Shown: one piece after another, positions 31,390 through 49,565 of the stretch
Numbering within the stretch: the stretch's first letter is position 1
Layout of the letters: each line of letters begins with the position of its first letter
DNA from: the human T2T-CHM13v2.0 reference genome, Homo sapiens
Direction: 5' to 3' (one strand)
Assembly: GCF_009914755.1 (NCBI RefSeq)
Contig: NC_060937.1
DNA length: 64,000 nt
Program-made: the position numbers and the translations under genes
The notes under the pieces: generated by a model
Told to the model about the DNA's origin: nothing
Seen by the model: the letters and a program-made list of their open reading frames with translations, nothing else
The model's database searches: none

Positions 31390-31945
31390 TCCAGAGTTCT
31401 CAAATTCTCACCCACGACAGTCACCTGAGAGCTTTAAAAGATCTCGGTGCAAGGCCCCGTTCCAGACCTGGAAAGTGGGAATTAGCAGTTTTTAAAGCTT
31501 TCCAGATAATTCAACTGTGCTGCCAAATTTGAGACCCAATACTAGGCATACATGCTTTTCAAACTTTAATATTTGAAATCTCGACCAGCCTGGCCAGCAC
31601 GTGAAACCTTGTCTCTATTAAAAATACAAAAAATTAGCCGGGCATGGTAACGTGCACCTGTACTCTCAGCTACTCAGGAGGCTGAGGCAGGAGAATTGCT
31701 TGAACCTGGCAGGCAGGGGTTATAGTGAGCCAAGATTGCACCACTGCACTCCAGCCTGGGTGAGAGAGTGAGACTCCATCAAAAAAGAAAAGAAAACAGA
31801 AGAAAAGAAATCTCCTGTGATCCTGTTAAGATGCAGACTCTGATTCTGCAGTTCTGGGGTGGGGCCTGAGAGGTTGCATTTTAGCAAGACCCCAGCTGAT
31901 GTTGATACTGCTGGTCTATGGACAAGTTTGAGTTGCAAAACTGTA
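31390..31945. mobile_element. MER5-like hAT MITEs with a truncated Alu (~31580-31810)
   Basis: GTTCTCAAA...TTGAGACCCA and AATGCAG/GGGTGGGGCCTGAGAG..TGCATTT MER5 motifs; Alu right part. Confidence 0.75.
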
Positions 31946-32799
31946 GAGAATGGGAAACCTCCAAACATTTCTGTGTGAGGGAGTGATGTAACCAAAGCTG
32001 AACTCTGCAAAGAGGAATCAAGCATCCCTTAGCAGTAGACTTAAAGGGGAAGGAATGAGGTGGGAGACCATTAAAAAAGTTAATGAGAAGATGGGCTTGG
32101 AGAAGTCTGAATGATTCCTGGTAGCAGGCTCCCTGTGGAGAAGTAACCCTATCACATTCAACGCCACTCTACAGGGGGCCGTTGCTATGGGGTGGGCTTG
32201 TAAAAGGCCCTACCAGGATCCCAAAGACCCTGTGAACTGTAGTCTACTTTGATATACAGTCCTTCCCGGCAGTCTGAGTTACCTGCACAGTACAGTGCCT
32301 TCCCTCTGCTTCCAGGCACATGGGCGAATTGCCTGTGCCCGCCCCTTAGCAGTTGGCAGGGCACGCAGGTGGTGTGGCTTTGTTCCCCGCAGCACAGCAG
32401 CCCCAGGAACAACCGAGAGAATAGATCCCCCACAGACCAGCTGTGTGTGAGAATGATGCAGAGGGCACCCCACCCACACATGGCCAGAGTGAGAAACACA
32501 CTTCTGTTGGGTAAATTCACAGAGATTCTCAGGTGATTTGTTACTGCAACACAAGCCTGGCTGACCCTGACTGTTACACTAATCAGCTGGACCCACACCC
32601 TGTTGGCCAGTTCCAGGAACCTGGCAGAGGTGATCTGAGGCCTGGTGAGCCTGCTGGAGGACTGCCCAGATTCCATTTATATGGGGGATATTGCATGAGG
32701 ATCTTGATCCTAGTAACTCACCTAACCTCCAGGACCACTGGCGAAACTTGGCAAGACCCCACATGTTAGAAGTGTTGCCTCAGCTCCTGAAGTTTTCCT

Positions 32800-33205
32800 T
32801 GTGATACAGTTTGGATACTTGTCCCTGCCCAAATCTCATGCGGAATTATAATCCCCACTGCTGGAGGTGGGGCCCGGTGGGAGGTGTTTGCCTCATGGGG
32901 GTGGATCCGTCATGGCGCAGTGCTGTTTTTGGGACAGTGAGTTCTCATGAGTTCTGGTGTGTGTGGCACCTCCCTCCCCCTACTCTCTCTCACTTGCTCC
33001 TGCTTTCACCATGTGACGTGCCTGCAGCCCCTCTGCCTTCCACCATGATTGTAAGCTTCCTGAGGCCTCCCTAGAAGCCGAGCATATGCCAGCATCATGC
33101 TTCCTGTACAGCCTGCAGAACTAAGAGCTAATTAAACCTCTTTCTTTATAAATTATTTAGTCTCAGGTATTTCTTTATAGCAATGCAAGAACGGCCTAAT
33201 AAACC
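32800..33205 (+). mobile_element. MST (MaLR) LTR
   Basis: TGATACAGTTTGGATA...CAAGAACGGCCTAATA. Confidence 0.88.
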
Positions 33206-36200
33206 TTGCGAGTAAGATATTTCCTCAATCAGTGCTGTTGGCTGCGGTGCTTTACCTTTTCTTCCCTTGTCCTCCCATATCACAGTGAGTGAGAATTGGA
33301 CATCTTTATTTGGCTTTCACTTCTGCTGTCTACTTCAACCCATGCTCCATTTTCTACATTGAGTTCTAACTAAAGAGCATGACACAATCTGTCATTAAGA
33401 AAATTGAAATAATATTGGATTTTTTAAATTAAAAAAACAAGTGTTGCTTTTAAGTTGAGCATTTAGCTTGATATTCTCTTCAGACCTCTCACTTCATGCC
33501 AAACCAAAGAGAGTTCAGAGGGCTCTAACGTCACTCATCTAAACTTCACCCTGAAATGAGTTATTTGAAGTCTGCAAATGAATGTAAAACAGGTTCTGTG
33601 TGAACAAGGTATTAAAATAATGACCTGAAACTACTTCAAAGGTGAATCATCAATTTTAGTTATATCTCATGATTTTGCCTTTGTTTGTTGAAAGCCATAC
33701 TTATTCCTCAAGTGAATAATGGGCAATGTCCTAGAAAAATATTCTTCTTGCATCAGACAGGATCAGGAAGTGGAAAGAGTATTGCATTGGATACTTGTTA
33801 TTTTAAAATTGAATTAATGAAAAAAATAGACCCCGATTTTTCTTTGTAAAATGAAGGAGTAAGAAGACTTTCATCTCCAAAGTTTAATGCAATGATGGTT
33901 TAAGATTCCCTTCAATGGTGGATGTGACTCTATCTTGGCTGGAAATTTGAGTATTTTTCAAAAGAATTCTCAGATTCTCTTATACGTTGTCAAATTCTCC
34001 AGCCATCAGTCTGTTTCCTTTACCTCTTATATAACTCAGTTTTAAAAAGACATAAGTCATTCTAATCAATCATCAGTTCAGCCATCAATTTCCTCTCTAT
34101 GCTTAGACATAATCTTGCAATTGTTATCTGTATTTAAATTTGTAGCCTGTTAAAAATAAAGCCCATGTGAGTTTACTGGTATTTTCCAGGTTTTGACAAT
34201 GAATGTGTCACTTCAGTAAATAGAAAAAAAAGGTATTAACATATACAGGGAATTGGATAAGATTTCAGAAAGTATTTTTCCAAAAAAACTATTTTCTCCT
34301 ATTTCTGCTAGGCTGAAGAACTCATCTAGCTAGAGAAACTCACTCCCAAGAGGTTCTAGTTGGTTTTGCTAAATTTTTTATTATCTTTACTGCTTATTAA
34401 GTCATTGATATCTGTTCACTACGGTTGGATAAGTTCTATCTGTCAACATGGGATGATTTACTTATGCTGCTTCCTGCAAATAGGGCCCTAATAAATGAAT
34501 GTCCTCTACACTGTATTTTTAGAAATTAGCATTTTATTATAAAAGATGATACATGTTCATAGTAAAAAATTTAAATTGTATGCATATGAACTGCAAAGTA
34601 GACAATACCCCCAATTCCAGTCCTCAGTAGATAATAATTGTTAATGATTTCCCTTGTATCTTTGTAGATATTTCCTATGCACAAAAGTCTACATGTTTAT
34701 ACAAACAAAAAATGGAATAATTTATAGAATATTGTATACCTTAGTTCTTTCAATATATCTTTGTCTTCTTTACTTAATGGTGTATAGAACACTTTATAAT
34801 GGCTACTTAGGGGGCATACCTATTATGGAATATTTAATTTCATATCTCTACTTGCTACACATGAGATCCAGAGCAAAAATGAAACAAAACAAAATATATG
34901 TGCCTTGCCCTATAAAAAAAATCTTAGCTAGGTAACACTTAATGAGACAAGCTGTATAAAGTGCTAAAATAAAAAACAAGATTCAAGTAAAAAAAAATAA
35001 TAATGGCTACTAGTGTTTGGTAGTATAAACATTCTACAATTTATTTAATCAGTCATCTATTGATGAAGTTTCTGGCATGGCAATGAATAGAACAGTACCC
35101 ATATCTTTGAATACCTATACTAAAATATTTGTGGAATAAACAAATGCTGAGTCAAAGAGTATGTGTATTTTCAGTTTTTATATAGAATTGTACCGATTTG
35201 CATGTCCACAGATAATGGAGATGGAGGGTACCTGTTGTCCTGCACGCTTGACGGCACTTAACATTATCCACTTCTAAAATCCTTGTCAAACCTACAGCTG
35301 AAAATGTAATTTGCAGCAAATAATTTGTATTTCTCTAATCACGAGTGAAGCTGAGCATCCCGTCCCATGTTCACAGCAGTCTGTATGTCTCGTGCTTACT
35401 GACTGTTAAAAAGTTCTTTGTTATGTTTTAAAAATTGGCCTTTTATCACAGCTTGGCAGTCTCCTTCCCCACCCCACTAGTTTGTTATACATCCCTGATC
35501 CAAGTTTTTGGTGCAGTTTGTTGAGCAGAAGCCTTCGATTTTTATGTGGCTAAATTAATCACTCTTTTCCTTTATGGCTTCTGAGTTTCCCATTAGGTTT
35601 ACTTTTCCAAGAAAGGAAGAGCTGCTTCTAATTTAATCTCTATAATTGGCTGAGAGTAGGTGGAGAGGCTGGGTCCATTACTCACATACGGTGTGACCTT
35701 CTACAAGTTACCCATCCTCCCAGAACTTCAATTTCCTCATCTGGAAAATTGGGATAATAAAAGCTCTTTTAAAGGATTATCGTCAAGATGAAATAAAATC
35801 ATGTGGTTACAACTGAGTGCACGGCACACAGGAAGTGCTCAGTAAGTGGTGGCTTTACTTCCCTGAGATTTTAAACCATCATCACTTAACAGCTCCAGCA
35901 AATGAGTCACAGACGTGAGGCAAATTCCTGTTTCTCTGGAAGGCAGAGAGAGCACTGGGAATGACAGCGTACCGCCCGTGGGCCAGTCCCCGGCTTGCTG
36001 TGGCACTGCCACAAATGCTGCTGTTGTGTAACTTTCTAGGAAGCAGGATTAATTCCTAGCATCGTTCTTAAGTCACTTTGGGATCTAAGATGTTTCAATC
36101 ATTCTAGGATTTGAGCTTCTTGAAAAGGCTCAGGACAAATGGCAGCGAAGGCTACGTGGATACACAGTTTGTGGGTGATTGTATGCATATGAACTGCAAA

Positions 36201-36401
36201 GTAGACAATACCCCCAATTCCAGTCCTCAGTAGATAATAATTGTTAATGATTTCCCTTGTATCTTTATAGATATTCCTATATCTATAAAATATCATCACC
36301 TTAACTTTCATGAGAATGAAAAGAAGAAATTGCTCAAGAAAAAAAACCAGAATTGAGACAAGAAATAAAAGTGTAAATGATTACATGGCACTTATATATA
36401 T

Positions 36402-36714
36402 ATCTGTTTTTTTCTTTTAGAGATGGGGTCTTGCTCTATCACCCAGGCTGTAGTGCAATGGTGTGATCATAGCTCACTGAGGACTCGAACTTTTCCAGGG
36501 CTCAGATGATCCTCACACCTCAGCCTCCCCAGTGACCAGGACTACAGACATGTGCCACCAAGTCTGGCTAATTTTTTTTTTTTTTGTAGTGGTATGTGTG
36601 TGTGGGGGCGTCTCACTATGTTGCCAGGCTTGTCTCAAACTCCTGGCCTGAAGCGATCCTCCTGCCTAGGCCTCCAAAGGGCTGGGATTATAGGGATAAG
36701 CCACCGCACCTGGC
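36402..36714 (-). mobile_element. AluJ
   Basis: Antisense diverged Alu. Confidence 0.9.
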
Positions 36715-37364
36715 CATTACATGGCATTCCACACAGGAGTCCTCCTCTGTCAAATGAGAACTCATAAGCACTACACATTGCTGAGTCCTGTAGAACATAG
36801 AGAGAAATACATACGTACACCTGGTTGAAGGTTGTGGGGAATATTCACACTTGGTCTCTTATCTGATTCTATTTATCATGGCTAAATAGGTAAAAAAATA
36901 TAAAATATAAAAATTCTTTCAAAGAACTCAATTATTTAAAAAGCTTCTTACTTTAACAGAGAATAGAATCAAACTTTAATCAATTTTTATATGAAGGAAT
37001 CTACTTTTCCCATAATTTCTAATCAATGTAACCTTCTATTATTCAGGAAAAAAGGTAGCTTAGATCTAAGGTATCATGATGTAACTGATTCAGAGCGGCA
37101 GTAGCTTTTTTGGTTGAATTTCAATTTCCAAATAGCTAGAAAACACTCCTTTTGGCTACCTGTTGTTAGCTTAGCATCAAGACTACTGCTCAGGTACACT
37201 GACCTTAGCTACTACAAGAAATGCTAAGGATTAGCTATATTCCTATTAACACGTTTTCAGATGTGTTTTCACCAGAGAACTCAACTCGTTTATTTCCTAC
37301 AGAAACCTCTACATAGAGCACAGCACAATCTCTCAAATACAGCAGCCATGCTATCTTCCAACCT

Positions 37365-37780
37365 ACGTGATCTTCCAGTGCGGCTTTGACAATCCTCCCT
37401 TTGAGAGGCGCAGGCTATGTCCTCTTGCCTTGAAAATGGGTGGGCTTTTATGACTGTTCCCACCAGGAGAGGGCAGCGGAAGTGATGCTATGTGACTTCT
37501 GAGGCTAGGTGACAAAGACAGCAGAGCTTCCACCTGCCGACTCGCACACTTGCTGTAATGTAAGGAAGCTAACAATTCAGAGGCCACTGCAGTGAGGAAG
37601 GCCAGGCCGCTTGGAGAGGTCAAATGTTCTCCAGCCATCACCCCAGCACGTCCCAGCCGACAGCCAGTGACAAGGCCCCAGCATCACAGAATGGAGACAA
37701 GGACACATGAGCATAATAAAATCAGTGCTTTATGTCACAAAGTTTTGAAACAGTTTGTTACATGGCAATAGCCAGAAAAC
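37365..37780 (+). mobile_element. MLT1-type LTR
   Basis: GGAAGTGATGCTATGTGACTTCTGAGGCTAGGT; end GTTTGTTACATGGCAATAG. Confidence 0.75.
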
Positions 37781-39211
37781 ACAGCCCTGCACTCTGATTG
37801 ACACAGGACTCACCCACTGTTCTCCTGTCCCCGTGACTTCTCCACTGCCCTGAAATGCCATAAGAAATTTATCCCGAGCCTGAATAAAATGGAATCAAAC
37901 ATTTTCCTACAGGCTATTTTTTTTTCAATAACTTCCTCCCCAGATAACCCAAGGATTCAAAATGGTTTTCAGAGCCTCACCATTGTCTTCACTTGACAGG
38001 AAATATGTAGACAGCCTTTGTTCCCATGGAAAGTGTGAAGAACATGAATCTGACAAACCACACAGGAGGTAATTTCCTCTTGGCAGAGTTTTCCACAGGT
38101 GCTGAATTTCTTTAATTTATTTATTTTTGTGGAGAGGGAGGTGGAAGAGGATGGGCATAAAAAGACGACTACTGGCTCATCATTTCAGTTGGAAGGGTTT
38201 CTCTGCAACATTTTCTCTAGCTTTCTCTGCTTCACCTTCTCTTACAGGTATCACTTTGTCCCTGCACTGTGAAGATAACTGTCTGCTGGGTACGGCAGAG
38301 CACCTCTGTGTTTGGAAAGGTGCCAGCAGAGGCTGAGAGGCGGGAGGTGCAGTTCCTTCCTGGAGGAGCCATAGGGGTAACCTTCCAAGAGACACGGCTT
38401 CACGTGAGCTGGAAAACCTTGCATGGATACGCTTGTTACTCACTCACAGTTGGCAGGATCCTGTCTGTTCTGCCCACCCCTCCTCACTTGTTCTGTGTGC
38501 TGCTAATGGACCAGAACCACGGCAGTTCTCAGGACGGCTTTGGTCGGCTCGCCCTTTCTAGTACTGTGACAAGGAGATAAGGCAGAAAGCAGAGATGGGA
38601 GGAGGGTGAGGGCCAGAGGGAAGATTTGTGAGATGAGGCAGAGAGAGGAGAAGAGCCGATCGCCTTAAGAGGCTGGGCCATGAGCAGGCTGAGACCAGAC
38701 GCTGTGTGGTCTGGTGTGATGGATGGTTGGTCCCTCACGCCACCAGCTGTGACTTCGAGAGGCCTGGGTACCTGCTAGGTCCTCCTTTCTGGGCTTTTCT
38801 CGCTCCGGGCCTGGTGGCAGGCAAGGAGTACTGACTGTGCTGTGAATATGAAATATTTCTTTGCTAAGGGAAAGCGAGGGGAGACAAAGCAGGATATGTC
38901 AACATCAGAGACAGTGTCTGCTGTCTTCCCCATTCTTATTGGCTATCGGTTGTTTTGAAATACGGGATCTCTCCAGGTGACTAGCATATGTGCTCTCAGC
39001 TCTAAATCAAAGGCACTAGATAAATCCAATAAACAAAGAAAGAGTCTGGCGTAGAGGCTCAGTCTATTTCAGGGTTGGCAGGTTGGTGAATTTTCCACTG
39101 TAAGATCACACCACTGTTTTCAAGGGATTTAAAATATTACAAGTGATAGTAGAGGCTGTGTCTCTAAAGATTTGAACCAATCAAAGTAAATCTGGCAGGA
39201 TTGTTTTTTCT

Positions 39212-39212
39212 T

Positions 39213-39243
<31 letters not shown>

Positions 39244-39538
39244 CTGTTTTTTTTGGAGATAACGTCTCACTCTGTCACACAAGCTGGAGTACAGTGGTGT
39301 GATCATGGCTCACTGCAGCTTCAACCTCCTGGGCTCAAGTGATTCCCTGACCTCAGTCTTCCAAGTAGCTGGGACTACAAGCATACACCAGTATGCCTGG
39401 CTAATTTTTTTTTTTTTTTTAGAGATGGAGTTTTTCCATGTTGCCCAGGCTGGTCTCAAACTCCTGAGCTCAAGCAGTCTTCCCAGCTTGGCCTCCCAAA
39501 GTGCTGGGATTACAGGCGTGAGCCACCACGCCCGGCCA
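39212..39538 (-). mobile_element. AluJ
   Basis: Long poly-T followed by antisense Alu. Confidence 0.93.
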
Positions 39539-40599
39539 AATATGGCATATTTTAAAAGGCTAGAGCAGCGATATAAAAATATGAGCATCTACAAAATGTA
39601 TTGTCTGCAAATACTTTGGCATCAATTGACCCATCTTAGACAGTCTTCCTTTTCTCTTCACTCATTCATTCAACAAATATTTATAGTACACTATGTGCAA
39701 AGAAACATGAAAGGCACACAAGATTAGTAAGATACTCTTTTTCCACAAGACATTCGCAAAGTGATGGGGAAGTAAGTATGGGTTAAATACATTTAAATAT
39801 TTAATTTAAACATTGGTTACACTAAGTTAAGGAATGAAGTACAAACATAGTACTATAGGAATCCAAAGTGCAATCATGATCTGTTGGGAGGATCACAGTG
39901 AGGGGCTGTGTGAATTGATGATTGTATAATGGCAGGAGTGGAACGGGAAAGGATCCTCAGGGCAAGAAGAAATGAGTCCGGCAACAATATTCCATCAGCA
40001 AACCCTAGGAGGTAAAGCTAAGTTTCCTCCAAGCTCCACATGCCATGGTTTAGATGAATGAGGTTTAGTATGTCGAATGTGAAACACAACAGGTCATCCG
40101 AGTGGACATGCCAGCACACACCTGGATTGCCTATATCTGGAGGAGGCATTCAGGCCAGAGGCAAACCTCGTGAGAGCAGAAAAGTCACGTCTTGTTTTTC
40201 TGTGATCCTCCCCAAAGAATCCAACAGAGTGGTCACAACTGTGCTGAGAGAAGCTGATGTAAGTTGTGGAGGGGACATAAAATTTCTTCTCATATTCAAT
40301 CAACTCTCAAATACAGAAAACTGACCACCTCATCTAGGACCACTTGGTTCTAGTGTTTTCCCTTGTTCCTGCTGTTTCTTGGCCTTAGTGTGACTTTCAG
40401 ATACCTAAACTTCATTTAAGTATGGTATTATTTTCTCTAAGTTCCAGGAAATTAATTTATAACTTTGTCATAAAAGATGAAAAGGTAGGGTTTTCTTATC
40501 CAAGACTCAATGGCATTAACACCAAAAGAGTCCCTCATCCATTCCCAAAGGTCCAATAAACAGAAGTCTGGGTTTATTGTGAAAGTGTAATGTTGCACT

Positions 40600-40904
40600 T
40601 ATTTTATTTATTTATTTATTTTTGAGACAGAGTCTCGCTCTATCGCCCAGGCTGGAGTACAGTGGCGTGATCTCGGCTCACTCCAAGCTACACCTCCCAG
40701 GTTCACGCCATTCTCCTGCCTCAGCCTCCTGAGTAGCTGGGACTACAGGCGCCTGCTACCACGCCCAGTTAATTTTTTGTATTTTTAGTAGAGATGTGGT
40801 TTCACCATGTTAGACAGGATGATCTCGATCTCCTGATCTCGTAATCTGCCTGCCTCGGCCTCCCAAAGTGCTGGGATTACAGGCGTGAGCCACCTGCCCG
40901 GCCT
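40600..40904 (-). mobile_element. Alu (AluY/Sc-type)
   Basis: Antisense Alu; CTTATTTT on both flanks. Confidence 0.95.
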
Positions 40905-43900
40905 TATTTTCTTAAATCTACATGTTTTTTATGTGTGATTGATATGGATAATTTACACCGTATCACCAGAATACGTTTTCACAGCTCATCTCCATGACTG
41001 CTTAGTAATTTCTCATGGTTAATCCATTTCCCAGGAATTTCACTCTAAGCTTGCAATGTGCAAAGCAATGAGCTGTTAGGAAATTTAAAATAAGTAAGAC
41101 ATAGGTATTCTTCAAGAGGAGTTTGAAATTTAGAGAAAGAGAAAAGCCTAGAAATGTTTATAAGACATGATAGGCCAAATGCAAAAATGGAGCAAAATAC
41201 CTCTTCCCTCAAAAAATTAAAGTGCTGGCCAGCTTCATTACAATGTACAAAGCTGTCCTTCCACTGACTAATATAAAGTCTACTGGGATGAGGACTGCAC
41301 ATATGGGATTGAGGGGTAAAAGATGAATGTGAATAGTGCATGAGGCCCATTTCCTACTCAAATCCATATCAACAGATGCTATGTTGGAATCTTTTTCTCA
41401 GAGATGGGGATGGATCTGAATGAATGTTCAGATCCCCAGCCTGTCTCTTCTCAAACAGTGAACACCTCTGTGCTAGATGACACCAAGGAACAGCTGGTAG
41501 CTGTGACCTCAGTAACTGTGGAGCACTGTGCTGGAGCCAAAGGGCTCTCAACCGGGCTGGGTGGGTACCTGAGACTCTTTTCAAGTGAATCTACATCTCC
41601 AGGAATAGCACCGGGCATCAGTCTCCTCTGAAAGCTCCACAGAGAACCTGGACACATACGGAGCATGGGGAAGCACTGCTCCAGCCTCATACAATGTGTT
41701 TTTTTCACTCTATAAAATGCTGCTGGTCATCTATGAATCATTCTTCACTCTCACATTTGCCTGCACTGAGATCCAGTCCAGTAGCACCATCAACTTTAAA
41801 TATATTATCTAACATTACTGAGCACTTACAGTATGCCAGGTACTGAACTGAGGACCTTACATACATTTTGATATATAATCTTCAAAAACCACCTTAGGAG
41901 TTAAGTACTATACTGGTTTCCCAATTCATAGATGGAGAAACTGTAACTTGAAGTTAAGTGACTGTGCAGTCACATAGCTATGCAGAATGGAGCTGGGGAT
42001 GGAAACGCTCTCTGCTCGGCATCCAAGTTTATGCCTCTAATCACTAGGATATAGCAGCTCATTTACATGTATGGAATATTCAGGTTTTTAATGTGCTCTG
42101 CATCTATGAACAAAAAGCTAGTTGACACATAATTATCCATAAAATAGAGAAAAATATAGTATCTACTTGGAAATGATTTACCAAAAGTTTATATATTCAG
42201 CATTTATTTTCATAAAATATTTTGCCACTTATCTCTGTCCAGTCTCAGCATCCAGCCTCTTAGCAGGATACCATTGGCGTTCCCAGATTCAGCAGATTGC
42301 AACGTGCTTCATCTAACACTTAAGGAATCACTGCAGTGAGCCTGCTGCATTATGGCACATCTGCAGAAGTAGCCGCACTCAGTGTACAAATCGAGCAGGC
42401 TCTGAAAAACATGACACTGCCAAGTGAAGCTACGCGGTTCTTGCTGTCTCCAAAATAAAAGATGATTCTTGTATCGTTCAAGAGAAGATTACTGCCAAAG
42501 ACAAACTAGTATTCGGAGCTCTGTCCTCTGATAAGCATGTACTGCAATCCTGCCACATGAATACTAATTTTACCACTAAGGGTAGCTCTAGCTACCTGCC
42601 AAGTGCTGTCTTGGGGCTTTCTGTTAATCCTCACACCAACCCCTCATCAGAGCTGAGGAGACTGAGGCACAGCGAGGCTAAGAAACTTGCCCAGGGTTAA
42701 GTTAGGAAGCAGCCAAACTGGAGCTGGGGGACCTGGGTGGGGGGAGCTGGCTCCAGCTACTTGGCTTTTTACCACCCCCTCCCTGCAGACCAGGCTGTGT
42801 GACAGGCCTTGGGATTATAACGATATCAGAGATGCAGTTCCTTGAGAAGCGGAGAAACACACCCATCACCGTGGAGCTGGGACTTGGAGGGCCAGTTGTT
42901 TGTTTAAGTCTAAAGGAGCAACATAGTAAAGACTAACCTAAAACTGTCAAGAAAGACTATCAGGAAAAGTTCCCTTTCATAGAGTATTAATTCCTGGAAA
43001 ATGGTCCCAAAGAGCTGATTGCCTATGGCGATGATGTGAATATAGAGAAAGGCATAGAGAAACAGGCAGGTGTGGCCTTGGGATGAAAACAGAACTGAAG
43101 GCTGTAATGTCAGGTTGCCTGGGGATCACAGATGAGGCAGCTGGATCCCCACAGAGAATTGCACCCGAAAGAACCTAGCAAGTCTGGAGCTTGGTGGACA
43201 ATCAAATAAATGGTGATTACTGGGTAGGAAACACTTGGAGAAAGAGTCCTGTGATGGAAACAGAGGCCCAGTAGTCAGAACTAATGGAACCCATTGGTTG
43301 AACAGAAGACATGGGTTTTCTTTCTTCTTAGCAAGGGGAAAGGGCAGAGGTCAGAGCAAAGCTAAAAGGTAAGCAAGCTGGCAGGGGAGGGAGAGGGGAG
43401 TGCCCAGGAGCCCATTAGCAGAGGTCCCTAGGACTTTGCTTTTATATGCAGACACTGCAAAACTGACAGCTCATGAGCCAGTGTGCTGCTTTGTGTTTTA
43501 ATCTGAACAATTTGTCTACAGGAAAATCAGGAAAGTTAACATCTTCCAGATTTCTAACTTATCTTTTAAAAAATAAAAGTCAAGGCAGATTGGCCTTGGG
43601 CTTCCAGGGGGCCACAGCGTGGTCCTGTGCAGGACAGGCTGGCAATGCCCTGCTGCCCATGCCCACACCACTTCCCCCTGCCCTTTACCCTGGGCGCCTT
43701 AACATGTTTGCATCCCCTGCCTGGCCCATGTACACAATTGAATAGGTGACCCTAAGTTCAGAGACTAAGAACAGGAGGGAATACGGCTGCCTTGGGGAAG
43801 AATAAGGACCCATGCTTCACAGTAAGGGGAATCTTCACTATGAAGAGGTCCAGCTGTCACCTTCATTGGGGAGTTAAAGGCCAGCGAGGACCACTAGCCC

Positions 43901-45114
43901 ACGAGTGCTTCCAGCCTGCTCCTACCTCCCATTCCCACCACAGTCAGGGTTTTACCTATCTTAAAATTTGTTATTTCATAATTTACATACACTATCCCAT
44001 TAAACAACATGTGTTAAAAGATATATTAGCTTAGTTAACAACCTTATGAGATAAATATCTTTGTTGCCCTTTTACAGATGAGAATATTGAAGTTTAGAGA
44101 GTTAAGTAATAAGCTCAAGGTCACACAATGGAGATTTGAACAAGGGCAGTCCACCTCCAGAGCTCATGAACTTGAGGTGGTATAGGATATTAGACCCAAA
44201 GAATGTTAATAGATGCTCTCTTTAAAAGGATTTTTCATGGTCAAGTAAGTTAGGGAAATATTCATTTCAGGTTTCTTTCTTAAGATTCTCAGAATCTTTA
44301 AAATACTAATGGGCTTTGTGAATCTTCAAGTAAGAAAATCTATGTCTCCAAATTGAGTCATGAAATCTTTGCCAGAAACACAGCATGGAATACACTGTGG
44401 TGGAAAGGATGACTTCTAAAGCAAGATGAATGAAAACTTGTAATTATGGGTTGAGCAATGTGGATTTTCTAAGCCAAATCAATTATTTGCAAACCTTATA
44501 TTTTTGGAAACGGTACTTCAGGTATAGAAATCTATTAGCTTACGATCCCACCTTTTCCTCACTAACCTAAAATCTCAATTAAAATAAATCCTGTTGTTAT
44601 GATTCCATTAATCTGAAATTCTATCAACTGTGACTCTAAAACTTCAACCATAGCAAGATAACAAAAAATAATCTCACATATGTATAGGATATTTTGACAT
44701 TTACTGTTTTACATATTCCTTAATATAACCTTTATGAACTAGAAATGATTTTGTTTCCATTTTATAGATGAAGAAAATTAGCCCCAAAAAGGTTAAATGA
44801 ATTGACAAAGGTCAAAGAGCAACCCAGTAAGTGACAGTACATCTTTAAATGTTGCCAGATATTAATGTACTGACTAAATACTAATACAGTTTTTATAATA
44901 AAAGCATTTAGTTCTCTTATCAGGAGATGATTCATATTATTAAGTCATATAGCTTCCATTAGCCACACATTTTGATAATTCCATTCCTCAACCTTGGTAG
45001 TTTATAGAGAATATATTATAATAAGTCTTCTAAGTAATGTGGCTTGGCATATCAGGATTACAAGGACTTTAAAACTCCAAAAAGCCAATCCTAAGGGCCA
45101 ATACTCTTTAAAAC

Positions 45115-48480
<3,366 letters not shown>

Positions 48481-49497
48481 AAACAGAAATATGAAGATTT
48501 TTACTTTTAGTCTACAGAAAAGTAAATATTTATTTTCCCCACAGAATTCTGCTTTCTTTTCCTATATAGCTTGCATATCTGAATCTTAAAGACCTTTAGC
48601 ACCATGTTTTGGTATGAAAAAGAATATGGGAAGAAGGACATTACAATAAGAAAAATAATGCATTTTTCTTCTCTATGCTGCCTCTTGTCACTCAGTTTCT
48701 GTGTAACCTAATTCTTATTCTGATCGGAGAAGAAGGAACTGAAAATCAGGATTTTATGAACACCATCGATATCTCCCCACTCTCCGGCAAATGCACAAAC
48801 ACAGTCCTCTGGTTCCTAACGATGCATTTCACAGATGAGTTTCCCTGGCTGCTCTCCATGCAGATAATAAATAAAGTAACTTTTGTTTTGAGAGATTTAT
48901 TTCGAAGACCTCTTCATTAAACACTATTTGGGGGCAGATGCGTACCTATGGAAGGTGAAGAAAAACATGCTGATAAAATAGCCATCAAGGAAATGTGCCA
49001 CTGACAAAATCTAACATGGTCTGTCTTCAAAGAATACATTTAAAATACAGAAACATACACACATGCACAGGCACACACGGGAAGGAGAGAGGGAAGAGGG
49101 GAGAGAAAAAGAGAGAGGAAAGCTGGAAGGAGGAATTAATTTTAAAAAGACCTTTGAAACCACATTTAAAATATATGAAATTCCGAAATTTGGAAGTAAT
49201 CATTACTTCCAAATACGGCTGAGTGTTGAAAAGTCAAACCAAAAGTCTGCTTGTTTGTTCTGATGGTGGGTTGCTGAGGTGGAGAAGAGATGATGCTGCT
49301 GCAAAAATTACCCAATTCTTTAAGGGGGTAGTAATTTTGCTTTTTTTAATCTCACAGCTTGGATGAATGGGTTTATAAAACTAAAAGGAAGAAAGTAGAA
49401 TTCTGACAGGCAGTGGGAAGGGGCCGACTCTACGCCAACTTCTTATGTTGTCAGGCAGGAACTCACGGGCCGCAGGGTCCTCATCCGAACACTCAAG

Positions 49498-49499
<2 letters not shown>

Positions 49500-49565
<66 letters not shown>
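49500..49565. repeat. (TG)n(GA)n compound microsatellite
   Basis: Direct reading. Confidence 0.97.

Noticed and set aside
48500-48530. Apparent 7-nt minus-strand microexon
   Set aside because: It is a short TTTACTTTT/AAAAGTAAA inverted repeat and is not needed for the phase chain
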